Below, piece by piece: positions 1 to 11,267 of a stretch of 51,910 nt of DNA. The notes below the pieces were generated by a model that saw nothing but the letters and a program-made list of their open reading frames with translations, was not told the DNA's origin and ran no database searches. The stretch covers positions 30,270 to 82,179 of the forward strand of contig MQRK01235592.1 of assembly GCA_001938485.1 (NCBI GenBank), read 5' to 3'. The stretch's first letter is position 1; every line of letters begins with the position of its first letter. Source of the stretch: Girardia tigrina (lineage: Eukaryota). The position numbers and the translations under genes are program-made.

Positions 1-139
1 ATGTTCTCATTAACCGATAATCGGTTAATGAGAACTTTTACACTGAAAATTTGGGGAAAATGCCATTTTTGAACCAAAAAGTTCTCTTTACCCGATTTTA
101 TTCTCTTTAAGCAAGTTCTACTATAAGCGAAATCTACTG
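1..139. mobile_element. Right end of a pogo/Tigger-type MITE inside a SEC62 intron
   Basis: Ends in ...AATCTACTG|TA (reverse complement TA|CAGTAG, the pogo/Tigger-type terminus). Contains a perfect 16-bp-arm palindrome at 3-35. The left end lies outside the window. Confidence 0.55.
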
Positions 140-241
140 TATAAATAATAAACTATTAAGTCATACAAAAGGAATTAGATTGTTTTTCAATACACAAATT
201 TATTAATTACATGTATTTCTAACAAAAAGATATTTTTTAAG

Positions 242-823
242 CCCGAAGAAATTAAACCTCACAAAGAAAAAGATTCCAAAAAGAAGTCGACTTCGAATAA
301 AGAAGGGAAAAAGGCACGGATGAAATTAGAGTTTCACGAGATGCAAGTTTTTAATCCTGATGATCCGGAAGGAGACGATGTATACGTTTGGATTTATGAA
401 CCATTTAATCCCTGGAAATTTCTGTTGGGTGGACTTGTGTTGTTGGTCATTTTGGGATTTTGTTTGTTTCCGATTTGGCCCGCGGAATTAAGATCTGTCG
501 CATATTACGGTTCGATCGGGTGCATGGGAGTGCTGGGCATTCTCGTGGGACTTGTTATATTACGAGGAATTTTGTTCGGTGTGATTTGGGTCTCCACATT
601 TGGGCAGCATCATTTCTGGTTGCTGCCAAATTTGACTGAAGACTGTGGAGTGTTAGATTCTTTCAAACCGTTCTATTTATATGAAAATAGAAAAAATAAA
701 AGCAAGAAGTTGAAGTCAAAAGATGGCAAGAGTCTGAATAATGGTGATACGAATCCATCAGTTGAAGATCTCCCGGTTACAACTGGAAGCAATGGTGATA
801 ATGTTTGTAAAAAGACTCAGTAA
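242..823 (+). CDS. SEC62: Translocation protein SEC62, last coding exon (5' exons lie outside the window)
   Basis: Acceptor TTTTTTAAG ends at 241. The frame is open from 242 (PEEIKPHKEKDSKKK...) through YVWIYEP, two TM helices (LFPIWP), HHFWLLPNLTEDCGVLDSFKPFY, to TAA at 821-823. These are hallmark Sec62 motifs. Confidence 0.95.
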   Translation, partial: PEEIKPHKEKDSKKKSTSNKEGKKARMKLEFHEMQVFNPDDPEGDDVYVWIYEPFNPWKFLLGGLVLLVILGFCLFPIWPAELRSVAYYGSIGCMGVLGILVGLVILRGILFGVIWVSTFGQHHFWLLPNLTEDCGVLDSFKPFYLYENRKNKSKKLKSKDGKSLNNGDTNPSVEDLPVTTGSNGDNVCKKTQ

Positions 824-1036
824 ATGCAAATGTATTGTGCTTAGTCATGCTAATTTTGTTGATAATTTAATTTATGAAATAAATGAAATTATTGATTGTT
901 TTTTTGAGGAAAGTCTATTTGGGTTATTTATTTGTTTGGATTATTTATTGCTTTTGTCTTTGAGGGAAGTATGTCGGAACCACCATAATTTATGAGGGAC
1001 ACCAATTTATGCCTGTCCATGACTTTATCAGTTTAC

Positions 1037-1042
1037 AATAAA
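1037..1042 (+). promoter_or_regulatory. Candidate polyadenylation signal for SEC62
   Basis: AATAAA about 215 nt downstream of the stop codon. The context is AT-rich, so specificity is weak. Confidence 0.3.
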
Positions 1043-1183
1043 ATAACTTTGTAAGACATCGATTCGCATATGAAACACCTTGTCTAGGAGGACCACAGTA
1101 CGTGACAAGAAAGCGCACAGAAATGTGATGTTTTTACTTCTTACAAAAAAATAATTCAACTAGCACGTTTAGCCTCATTTGAT

Positions 1184-1195
1184 TATATATATATC

Positions 1196-1238
<43 letters not shown>
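1184..1238. repeat. (TA)n microsatellite
   Basis: Directly visible TA run. Confidence 0.95.
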
Positions 1239-1240
<2 letters not shown>

Positions 1241-1764
1241 CCAAAGCTGAGAAAAGGGACCACAAGTAGGAAACTGAGTTAAGAGTGCCACGTTGTAGGC
1301 CACATAATAATTAACAACTGTGCAAAACATCATGCAGATATTCCATCATTTGACTCTTCTACAGATATTGCAATAGTCATATTCGTAAAAACTCGTTTTT
1401 GAGAAAATGTGAATTGAACCATTTATTAAAATGTATTTGGCACAATGCGTTTTAGATAGCAGCAGCAGTCTGAATAATAATTCACCTGAAATTAAACATC
1501 AAGCCCGTTATATATACCTAATTACAAAAAGTATTTTTCTCAGTATTGGTATGATTTATTAGCGAAAACACAATGGCCGACTTGTGGTCCCTTTTCACTC
1601 AGTCACTTGAAGTTGGTAGTAAATACTGTGTATTCAGGGGCATGGATTGACCTTTTGAAATAGATAGAGAACTACTTTTGCCCCATTTTTGACCAATCCA
1701 CTTTTATAGGCGATTTCTGGGCTTTCTGTGCAGCGACTTTTGGTCCCTTTTCTCAGCTGCGGTT
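1239..1764. mobile_element. Non-autonomous TIR element (MITE) inserted in a TA microsatellite
   Basis: Left end GACCAAAGCTGAGAAAAGGGACCACAAGT matches the reverse complement of the right end, AACCGCAGCTGAGAAAAGGGACCAAAAAGT. An internal copy of the TIR motif lies at ~1578-1598. TA repeats flank both sides. Confidence 0.8.
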
Positions 1765-1809
1765 ATATATATTATCTGGAACCGATAATGGCATTTTTAA
1801 TAATAATGA

Positions 1810-2200
1810 AAAGAAAGGCAATTTTTGAATATTAAATTTATTCGCAATACATACGCGTTTCATCATTTCGGCATCTTCAGTGTAATACCGGAGTATAAAG
1901 TGATTAATTACTATTTATATAGTTGAAAAACTATTACTTCATACGTCTCGAAAACATGCTTTTTTTCTCTTTTTTAAAAAAAAGTATTTTAATGATATTT
2001 AAAAATATTTTAAAAACTTTAATATGATTAGATGAATCACCTTGTACGTTTAAGCATGGTTTATGATGCTTTATTAACAATGCTTCGGCAATAATCCTTT
2101 CATAATTCGTGTCAAAATTATTTAAAATCACTTAAATCTAAATGGTGAAACGCGTATGTATTGCGAATAAATTTAATATTCAAAAATGACCTTTCTTTTT
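1810..2200 (-). mobile_element. Penelope-like retroelement 3' fragment (GIY-YIG C-terminus plus pLTR, with an inverted pLTR copy)
   Basis: ORF 1934-2131 encodes RIIAEALLIKHHKPCLNVQ, the typical PLE GIY-YIG end. Positions 1810-1868 and 2140-2198 are inverted copies of each other. A hammerhead-like motif sits in the pLTR. Confidence 0.8.
1843..1888 (-). ncRNA. Minimal type I hammerhead ribozyme-like motif (Penelope pLTR type)
   Basis: Minus strand reads GTATTACA-CTGAAGA-TGCCGAAATGAT-GAAA-CGCG-TA-TGTATTGC, then AATAAA. It has the conserved core, a palindromic CGCG loop and a pairing stem I. Stem II is partly mutated (the inverted copy reads TGGT). Confidence 0.65.
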
Positions 2201-2278
2201 TTTCAATTAAAATCAGAAATGTTTCAATTAAAATCAGAAACGTTTCAATAAAAATCAGAAACGTTTCAATTAAAATCA
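2201..2278. repeat. 21-bp tandem repeat (~3.7 copies), probably subterminal to the adjacent Tc1/IS630 element
   Basis: Unit TTTCAATTAAAATCAGAAA(C/T)G starts at 2201, 2222, 2243 and 2264. Confidence 0.85.
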
Positions 2279-2405
2279 CTCAGAACTTATTTTAAAGATA
2301 ATTAAACTTTAATTTTGTTAAAAAATATAAACGTTATAAAAACAATATATTTAACATTAATGATACACAGTAATTTAAAAATATTTCTTCATAAGTTTTA
2401 TTTAA

Positions 2406-3420
2406 TCAAAATTCTTCACGTCTCATTGCTTTTAAAGCATAACGACGAGTATCATTAAAAAACCCAAAACAATCTTCTGATGTGATTGAATCTTTCCCTG
2501 TTTGAATAGCTTCCATCAATTCACTTGCACATACAACATTTTTAGATTTGATTTCATTTTTCCATTTTGAAAAGCATTCTTCAATCGGATTTAATTGTGG
2601 AGAATACGGCGGAAGGAATTTTAAAACATGTCCAGCATTCGTAATTGCTTCACAAACTCCACCAACTTTGTGTATTGCGCAATTATCCATTATAATAACC
2701 TTTTTTTCATAGTTATTGTCCGCCAAGAAAGAAAGCAGCCTGTTTATAAACGAAATAAAAGTGTTTCCATTATTAGAGCCTTCCAAACTTCATATTTTAA
2801 CAACCCCGTTTTACAAATAGAAGCCGAAATTGAAAAGTTTTTACTGCGAATTGTTCTAACTGTTTTCTTAGCAGGTGTTCCTAGCTGGCTTCGTCCATAA
2901 GATTTTCTCATTGAACAATTAACACCAGCTTCATTTAAAAAATAATATCTTCTGCATTTAAAGACAAGTAGTAATTTGCAAACTCAAACCGTGATGCTAT
3001 ACACGATGCTGTATTTCGAGATTCTGGGACAATATTTACGCGTTTCAAAGAAAAATTAAATGCTTTTATTGAACGATAAATTGTAGATTTTGAAGCAATA
3101 ATGTTTTTTTCCAACGCCAAGTCATTTTTTAACAATACAAGTGTTATCGAACAATCAGTTTCGATTTCATTTTTTATAAAATCCACATGTTCTTGGTTAA
3201 GAATTGGAGTTTTATGACCACGGACTGGTAGTAAATCTATTCTACCACTGGCTTTATAAACTTTCACAACACTAAAGACGGTTTCACATTGACGTTGTTC
3301 GATTGAGTATTTGCCCATTTTCTTTGATTTGGAAAGAGAAAGACCTAAACACAATAAAAAAGTAAAAAAACTTTCATTAAATAAAAAAAATGATCGTACA
3401 CTTTTACCGGAAATAACCAT
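2406..3420 (-). mobile_element. IS630/Tc1-like DD34E transposase pseudogene
   Basis: N-terminal HTH region followed by IIMDNCAIHK...FLPPYSPQLNPIEECFSKWK, with exactly 34 residues between D and E. The frame is shifted and the first catalytic D reads N (LNEAG). Confidence 0.9.
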
Positions 3421-3560
3421 TGATATTTAATTGATATAATATCCTAAAATATATTTTTAAATGGCGTTTATTTGTTTTTGATATTTAATAAAGGGGTTTT
3501 AGTTTAATAAAAAATGACAAAAAAACCATTCGGCGCCACTTTTGGCCAACCATGTTTATA

Positions 3561-4370
3561 CTCTAAAACTTCCAATAATCCCTCTGGGGGATTAATCTAT
3601 TTTTTTAAAAAGGTTGGAAAAACAAGGACATGGGTGATTATTAGAAATTTTTAAAAATCAAAAAATTTTTTAGAAAATCAAATTTATTCATCAATTTCTG
3701 AATAGTTAGATTCCGAATAGTTCTCACCATCAAGAATTTGATGATTTATGCTAGCACAATATTTTGTTCTAAATGATATCAAATTGTGCATCTTTGGCAA
3801 TGAGCAAGCTCAATCCTTCATCTAAGAAACATGAATAAAAACTTTTTTTAATCAGTTCTTGTGAAAGTGTAACCCAAGCCACTCTGTCAGTGTTTTACGA
3901 TCTATTTTGATATTTTTGCTGTTTGGAACTTATCGCCTCCCGCCTTATAATCATTAATTGCTTCTAATTTATATTGGTTACTATGCTTGTTGGATTTCAT
4001 TGGGGATCAATAAAATGTTGGGATATGTAAAAATGATTGAAAAAAACGTTAATTAAAACAAATATATTGGTTTGTAAATAAATCAATTTTAACAATTAAA
4101 GTGTAAATAAATCAATTTTATGGTAAATTACAATTTGTTTATTGGTTTAATAAGTATATTTATAATTAAAACGGGAGTTGATATTTTAACGATATTAGTT
4201 CATTATTTGATAAACTAAAACTCTTCCAAAATAACACAACAAAAATCATTTTTAAAATCATATTAGACAAAATTTTTTATTTAAAAAATTTTCAGCGTGG
4301 GAAATTATTAGAAGTGGGTGATATTCTCGAGAAAAAATAGCTGTACTGGGGATTATTAGAAGTTTTAGAG
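3561..4370 (-). mobile_element. Internally deleted pogo-family element
   Basis: TA|CTCTAAAACTTCCAATAATCCC ... GGGATTATTAGAAGTTTTAGAG|TA. A minus-strand remnant MKSNKHSNQYKLEAINDY...DRKTLTEW (HTH) is joined to SQELIKKSF (pogo C-terminal motif). Confidence 0.8.
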
Positions 4371-4859
4371 TATATATATTAAAATTATATATAAAATAAA
4401 AAATTAATAGAAAAATTGATTATTATACATTGGAAAAATTTTATTTCTTTGCTTTGGCAATTCTCAGTAGGATTTTTTGATATTCCGAAGCAAACACTTA
4501 TTGTATGTTTGGTAACAATCCACGTGATATTATCACAACGCTCACTGCTTAAGGGATACATTTTTTGTATTGGTCAAGACAAAAAGAAAAAAGCACTCTT
4601 AATTGAAAATTCCTTATACTGGTTCTCAACTAACTACACAAAATTTCAAGAAGTCATATCAATCTAGTGTTCAACAACAAATTCAAATATCTTTTCTGCC
4701 AATCTCGTTGACGATTAGCACAATTATATCGTCAATAACTATTCAAAGAACAACTCGAATTGTCAGGATTTTATATCCATGTGATTTCTGTTAGTTATTT
4801 ATATTTGCTTATAGTTCTTTGCTTAAAATTCTTTTTTTTTATATTTTTATTTATACAAT

Positions 4860-5330
4860 TTATTCGATAAAAGACTTCACTGAAACACCATAATAACTAA
4901 AATGTTAATAATAACTATTTGTTAATACTGATTTTTAATCTTCATAAAGTTTGGAATTGAGTTATTCGTTAATAAGAGTCGTTAAAGCTTTGTGAAATTT
5001 CATTATGATTCAGATGTTCAAAAATTTTCATGTTCCAAGAAAACTTTGAAAAGGAGAATGCTTTCTGTTTCTGACTCTTAAAACAACAAAAATGATAGGA
5101 TGATTTGATTGTTTTTTTTCAACATTTAACCGTCATTTGTCTGAACATATTTACATTCTTCATTTGAATTTATTGGACCCTATTCCAAGTAGATATAATA
5201 AATGGGTACATACATCTGCAGACGCAACGTATTGATTTCACAACCAAGGAGTAGAAATCAAGGTTCACGGAATCCAGCAGAAAATATAGGATGAAAACAA
5301 AATCCGGAATTTATTGGAAATTGGGATATT
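4860..5330 (+). mobile_element. Highly degenerate retroviral-type (Gypsy/Ginger-like) integrase fragment
   Basis: Broken-frame motifs DVQKF, LHLNLLDPIP (cf. HIDFxGPLP) and IDFTTK (cf. VDYFTKW) occur in the expected order. Confidence 0.35.
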
Positions 5331-5333
5331 ATA

Positions 5334-6273
5334 GGGTTTCCATTTTAAGTTGAGACTCATTTTAAATTGAAGAATTTTCATTTGAAATTGAAATTTTTAT
5401 CTTGATTTGAGTTTTTTTATTTTTATAAGTGATTTTTGATTTAGATTGGAAATTTTTTGATTTAGATTTGAAACTTGATTTAAATACGGAACTTTTTAAA
5501 AATTATTTTCATAATTTTAAAACGTGTCAATTTTATCGTTTTTATTTCTATTTTGATAAATTATATTTTTATTTTACAGTGTATGGATAAAAATATAGCT
5601 ATTAAGTATATTTTTCATTACAGTGTAACCCATACCATCACGTAAGTGTTGGTGTTCACCCTTATTGTGACATATAAAAAATTATTAAATAATAACACAA
5701 AATTCTTTTTTTAGTAATATTTATTTGAAGTAAATTAGTAATACAATAACAAAAAAAATAAACATCACTCTTATTTTTTATAAGATTTTAATTTGCGTTA
5801 GGTTACCAATTTTAATGTAACCTAACTTATTATTTTAGGGTGACTTGATTACTATTTTTATGTAATCAAGTCTAATAGATTTTATAATATATTTAATATA
5901 TTTATATTATTTAAAAAAATAAAATAAAATAATTTAAAAAAAATTAAAATTACTCTAACCTCAACGATTTTTTTGTTCCTTTAAAAATTAAAATTAAATA
6001 AAGTGATTCTCAGTATCGAATCATTGTTCTTTATATAGTAGATTTTTATTATTCATTTTTTTAATTCATTAAAAGAATTAATTATTTTTATATTTATTTT
6101 TTTATTTGTTAAATAAAATAAAATTTTATATTTTTTTATATATAATTTAAAATATAATTTTAGTAAATAAATTTACTTTTTATTTAGAATATACAATCCC
6201 CAACATAAGAATGAGTATAGTCTATATAATTCACAATTTAAAATGAAAAAGTCTCAATTTAAAATGATAACCC
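5334..6273. mobile_element. AT-rich non-autonomous TIR element with GGG termini
   Basis: TATA|GGGTTTCCATTTTAAGTTGAGACT ... AGTCTCAATTTAAAATGATAACCC|TATA, with subterminal CATTTTAAATTG repeats. Confidence 0.7.
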
Positions 6274-6439
6274 TATAATTTAAAATCATTATTTACACAT
6301 TCATTTTTCAATTTCCAATACATAAGACGTGCTTTCTTGGAGCCATTAACTCTTAATTAATATAATTGATCATTTTACTTTTCTCGTTTCTAACTGAACC
6401 AAAATTTATTACAAAAACATTATTTAATTTGTTGCCCTA

Positions 6440-7690
6440 ACGGGACTTTTCTGATAAAGTGTGGCTAATTTGATTACAGAACTGCCGCTCGCCACCACGG
6501 CAATATCTGCATCTTCGCAGGCTTAATTAATCATTGCATCATTGCAGGCTCTGAGTTATGGATCATTAGAGCTTCATCTTCTTCCAGCACCAGACCGTCC
6601 AGAGTTGTTGGTGTAAATATTGGGTCGTGAATCGGGTCTTTGAATTGCGAGATATTGCTGGCATAAGGGGATCATTAAAGGCAGTCCACATCCTTGCTGG
6701 CCATCGAATGTTTGATCTGACGGGTGCATGGGCAATTGCCTTTTCTTTTCCTTCCAGATATACGGCCTTCAGTGGGTAATGATTATCATGTACCCAAGAT
6801 CCTAAAGCACCTACAATAAATGTGAAAAGCATTACATTATGATCTTTATATCTTTCTTTAATGGCTTTTGAATGGGACCATATTTTTCGAGATTGTCACG
6901 ATTGGCCCATTCAAGGTTAGGCTTTTCATCAAAAAGGCATTTAAAATCGATAAGCACAATTCGTCTCTTTTCGGGGAAATAAATCTGAAGATCTACCTTG
7001 AGGGTAGAAGATCTAATCTTCAGATAATCATAATCTTCAGATCTCTCTGTAGATCTGAAGATCTACAGAGAGAATGAACTGACAGGTAACGTTATCGTAG
7101 ACTTCTGCATTGCAGTATTCTTTTATCTCGACTTTCAAGATGCCCACAACAGTGTCATGACGTGCATTGTTGTAGGACTGGAGAGTCCCGCAATGACAGA
7201 TAATGTGCGTCAATGTTTATAGGTGATCTTGACATTGTCGACAAAACGCCACATTGGATACATGAGTGTTATACACAACAGAGGTCGAATAGTTGGACAT
7301 ACTCAGGGCAGCAGCTGATCGATCCGAATTGTCCTGATGGTTCCAGTTTGCGAGATAATGGTAAGACAAACATTTTCTGAGAAAGGCGGCCTCTTTATCT
7401 TTATCATTTGCACAAATGGTAAAGGCAAACTGAAAGTCATTGTTGTTTAGACTGATAGTAATTATAAAGTTCGGATGTCTATTCCCGAGCCGGATAGTAA
7501 TACATATAGCTTTTGAGGTCAAATAGGGCATGCTGGATTTTATTCTACCAATATCTACAAGCCATAGGTGTATAACCCATGTTTATCAATATCATAATCT
7601 CAGGCCAAGTTGTCTTTCTAGAGGCGTGTTGAAGAGTTACTCGAACAGCTTCCCTGGCAAAAACATCTGGAGAGTTAAGGAGGTAGAATG
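6440..7690 (-). mobile_element. 3' part of an RLE-type non-LTR retrotransposon (NeSL/Utopia/R5-like), decayed
   Basis: CX2CX8HX4C zinc knuckle (CRQCQDHL*TLTHIICHC), then RHD, then IVLIDFKC...EKY...FIVGALGSW, which form the restriction-like endonuclease domain. Confidence 0.85.
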
Positions 7691-7830
7691 TGTGGATAAA
7701 AGATTGGACAATATGTTGGGTTTTAAAATTATTAAATTTATCTTTTATTCAATTATTCACTTTTTAAAATACAAATCTTAAATCTTTATCTTTAATCGTA
7801 AATCTCTTTTCTTAATTCTTTAATCAATAA

Positions 7831-8551
7831 NNNNNNNNNNNNNNNNNNNNNNNNNNNNNNNNNNNNNNNNNNNNNNNNNNNNNNNNNNNNNNNNNNNNNN
7901 NNNNNNNNNNNNNNNNNNNNNNNNNNNNNNNNNNNNNNNNNNNNNNNNNNNNNNNNNNNNNNNNNNNNNNNNNNNNNNNNNNNNNNNNNNNNNNNNNNNN
8001 NNNNNNNNNNNNNNNNNNNNNNNNNNNNNNNNNNNNNNNNNNNNNNNNNNNNNNNNNNNNNNNNNNNNNNNNNNNNNNNNNNNNNNNNNNNNNNNNNNNN
8101 NNNNNNNNNNNNNNNNNNNNNNNNNNNNNNNNNNNNNNNNNNNNNNNNNNNNNNNNNNNNNNNNNNNNNNNNNNNNNNNNNNNNNNNNNNNNNNNNNNNN
8201 NNNNNNNNNNNNNNNNNNNNNNNNNNNNNNNNNNNNNNNNNNNNNNNNNNNNNNNNNNNNNNNNNNNNNNNNNNNNNNNNNNNNNNNNNNNNNNNNNNNN
8301 NNNNNNNNNNNNNNNNNNNNNNNNNNNNNNNNNNNNNNNNNNNNNNNNNNNNNNNNNNNNNNNNNNNNNNNNNNNNNNNNNNNNNNNNNNNNNNNNNNNN
8401 NNNNNNNNNNNNNNNNNNNNNNNNNNNNNNNNNNNNNNNNNNNNNNNNNNNNNNNNNNNNNNNNNNNNNNNNNNNNNNNNNNNNNNNNNNNNNNNNNNNN
8501 NNNNNNNNNNNNNNNNNNNNNNNNNNNNNNNNNNNNNNNNNNNNNNNNNNN
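7831..8551. other. Assembly gap
   Basis: Run of N. Confidence 1.
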
Positions 8552-9099
8552 ATATTTTTGGGCAAACTAAAACTGAATTTGATGTTGTTTATATAGTAAT
8601 TTTCCTCAGCCTTGAAAATTGATTAGATAAAACAAAGAGTAAAATATTTATAATTTTTGATGAAGTAAAATTTATAATTTTAATTCCAAGTTTTGTTAGA
8701 CTAAATATTATTTTATTTGAAGTTAATAATTTTACTAAAAGAATTATTTAAAAATTTCCTATATAAAATTTTATCAAAAGTGTTCACATGTATTTTTTCG
8801 GAACCCTAACAAATATATTCATTCATAGTGGATGTAAGACCAACATAACAATGACATCTCATGATATAAATATACTAGTTCGCGGCAGATTCAGGAAGAC
8901 TAAGGAGCTTTTTATGTTCTTTACGAACAACAATATCCTAACCAGTTTTACATGTAGTAATCTGTGGAAATGGTCCAGTATGATATTCGGTTGCCTTCCA
9001 CATCAAGCTTCATCCAAGAACCCCGCTCTACCATCGTCGGACCGAAAACTGTCTGCAAATATTCACTAACCTGCTCTACCTGTTCTGAATTCACTATTT

Positions 9100-9600
9100 A
9101 GAAGATCTACTAACTGTGAATGTGAAGATTGAAAAGATTATGCAAACGCGAAAAGTGAACCGCAATGGTGACACCAAAGAAATGATGAGACTTATAATGC
9201 CCATACTTCTACAGCACGACGGCCCAATGGATCGATACTTCAAATCGTTTGCTGAAATCCAAGTGCTCAACAGACATTTAAAACGAGATCATGCTGGAGA
9301 AGTAATTCATTAAACGAGCCACGTCAAATAAACAATCAACACAAAAGCCGAAAAGAGAGAAGAATTGAAGATATGAATGTCCCCACTGTCGAAAAAAATA
9401 CACTTGCGTGGCTAAAGATATATATTCAAAAGAACCACAAAAAACAACCGGAAAAGCCGATACACCAAGGAACAGACAATTTGAAAGAACTGACAGAAGA
9501 CAATCCTCAAAACAACTAATACCAATTCTCAGTTACTGGATGTAACTGTGGGTATGCCAAAGAACCAGAATGAAGAGGCAGCTGAAAAAACACCATGAGA
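9100..9600 (+). mobile_element. Possible degenerate retrotransposon 5' ORF fragment with a C2H2-like half-finger
   Basis: FKSFAEIQVLNRHLKRDH resembles the F..L..H...H half of a C2H2 finger. The composition is coding-like, but stops and frameshifts are present. Confidence 0.25.
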
Positions 9601-11267
9601 CTATCGATTACCTGACATGAAAGCAAAAGGAAGCTTTCAGTGCCAATTTCGTGGTTGTTACACGTCCACCGTAACAGCCATAGGCATGTATAGCCATGAC
9701 ATCGAGTTCCATGGTTTGTCTTTCATCACTTGCAAACCGACTGCTCAGAGTTGGAAAGCTACTGACCCCGTAGGAGGCTAATCGGGAGTACTTAGGAACT
9801 TTAGTTTGGGTGGACCCTCTAAAGAAGCTTAATCTCAATATCATTCGAAAGAGATGGGAGGCCAAAGATGACATTTAGCTAGGTACTCAAATTTCCTTTA
9901 CTATATTATTTTAAAAAATAAAATAGTAGTTGGATAAAAATATAATTTTAACATTAACCGGAAAGAAAAAAATACAAATTCGTAGATCACCAAAAATAGA
10001 AAAAATAGCCCGTCACAGTATCAAGATAAGAATGATCGAGATAAGACTACGTTTGTTAATAATTTAAATACATCGTTGTTTCCTTTTTATTCTTAGTTTC
10101 TTCTAACGGAACAATTTATATAAAGATTATTTTATTTCGGACTCATAATATTTTCGTTTGCTTGACGAAAAAACACAGAATAATATTTACTTCTAAGTTA
10201 GAGTTTTATGAGTAAGATTGACGAAAATTCCAATGCTAAATTCTGTATAGATATTAATTTTTCAAATAATTTTTACTATTATCGCCAAAAGCGATATGAA
10301 ATCTATTTAGGTTAGAATTAATTATTTTATTGATTTTTTAAATAATAACTATGAGTTAGTTAAAATTTGCGATTTGCTGAATAATATATTTTTTTTAATT
10401 TAAAAGTTTTGCAAAAAGTAAATTATTATGTAAGACAAAAACAGAGTTCAAAATCAAAATAACCTAAATCTAAAATAAGAACTTTAAAAGAAATAATAAA
10501 ATAAATAAAAGTTATTGCGTAAATTTATAATATCAAGCTACTAAAAAAGTATTTTTGAGAAATTAAATAGTTTTTTATAAATTAATTTTAAAATTAGATG
10601 TTTATATAAAAGAAAAAATTAATTTTATTGTGCTTAGAATATATTTTAGAAATACATAATAAAGAATTAGTTTAAATTAAAATTTCAACAAAGAGTATGG
10701 GTTTAATGATAAATCTTTTTTAAATTTTACAAATTGATTGAATTTTATTAATTGGAATAAATTAATTTTATTGGTAATAAAATTTTATAAACGCATTTTA
10801 AAAATAATAAAATAGCTTGAATTAATAGAAAAGTTTAAAAAAGTTTAAAAATATGTAATAGAATATAATAAATTATTTTTAAGTTTAAAATGTTTTTTTA
10901 CAAATTTAAAGTAGAATAAAATTTATGGTGCGAAACGAAAATTTTAATTAATGAAAATTTGTTTGAAAATCTCTAGTGATAATAACAAAATGTTTGTGTT
11001 GAGTTATGAGCTTTGCATCTGTTAATAATGAAAGTGGCATAAACGCTACAATACAATAATTATATATTTCGTAAAACCGAACTGTTTGGCTGTGATCGCT
11101 TAAAGATTGATCCTCCATAAATGTAGTTTATAATTTAAATTTAAAGTATAAATAAACAATAAACCGAAGTGCAACATCTACAGTTACTTTAGAAACATTA
11201 GCACTGTACACTTATTATGAAAGGTATCAGAATATTTTTAAAATGAATAATCTGATAAATTGATATA

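Noticed and set aside
741-995. ORF overlapping the SEC62 end, and other short AT-rich ORFs in the track
   Set aside because: Off-frame, antisense or low-complexity (F/I/L/K-rich) translations with no recognisable motifs.
2201-2278. Regular repeats suggesting a CRISPR array
   Set aside because: Head-to-tail tandem units with no spacers, in a eukaryotic context with no cas genes.
7792-8565. Long ORFs spanning N-runs (also 12414-12676 and 44953-45595)
   Set aside because: Artefacts of assembly gaps translated as X.
9900-11260. Long AT-rich stretch
   Set aside because: I could not identify an ORF, TIR pair or periodicity by eye.
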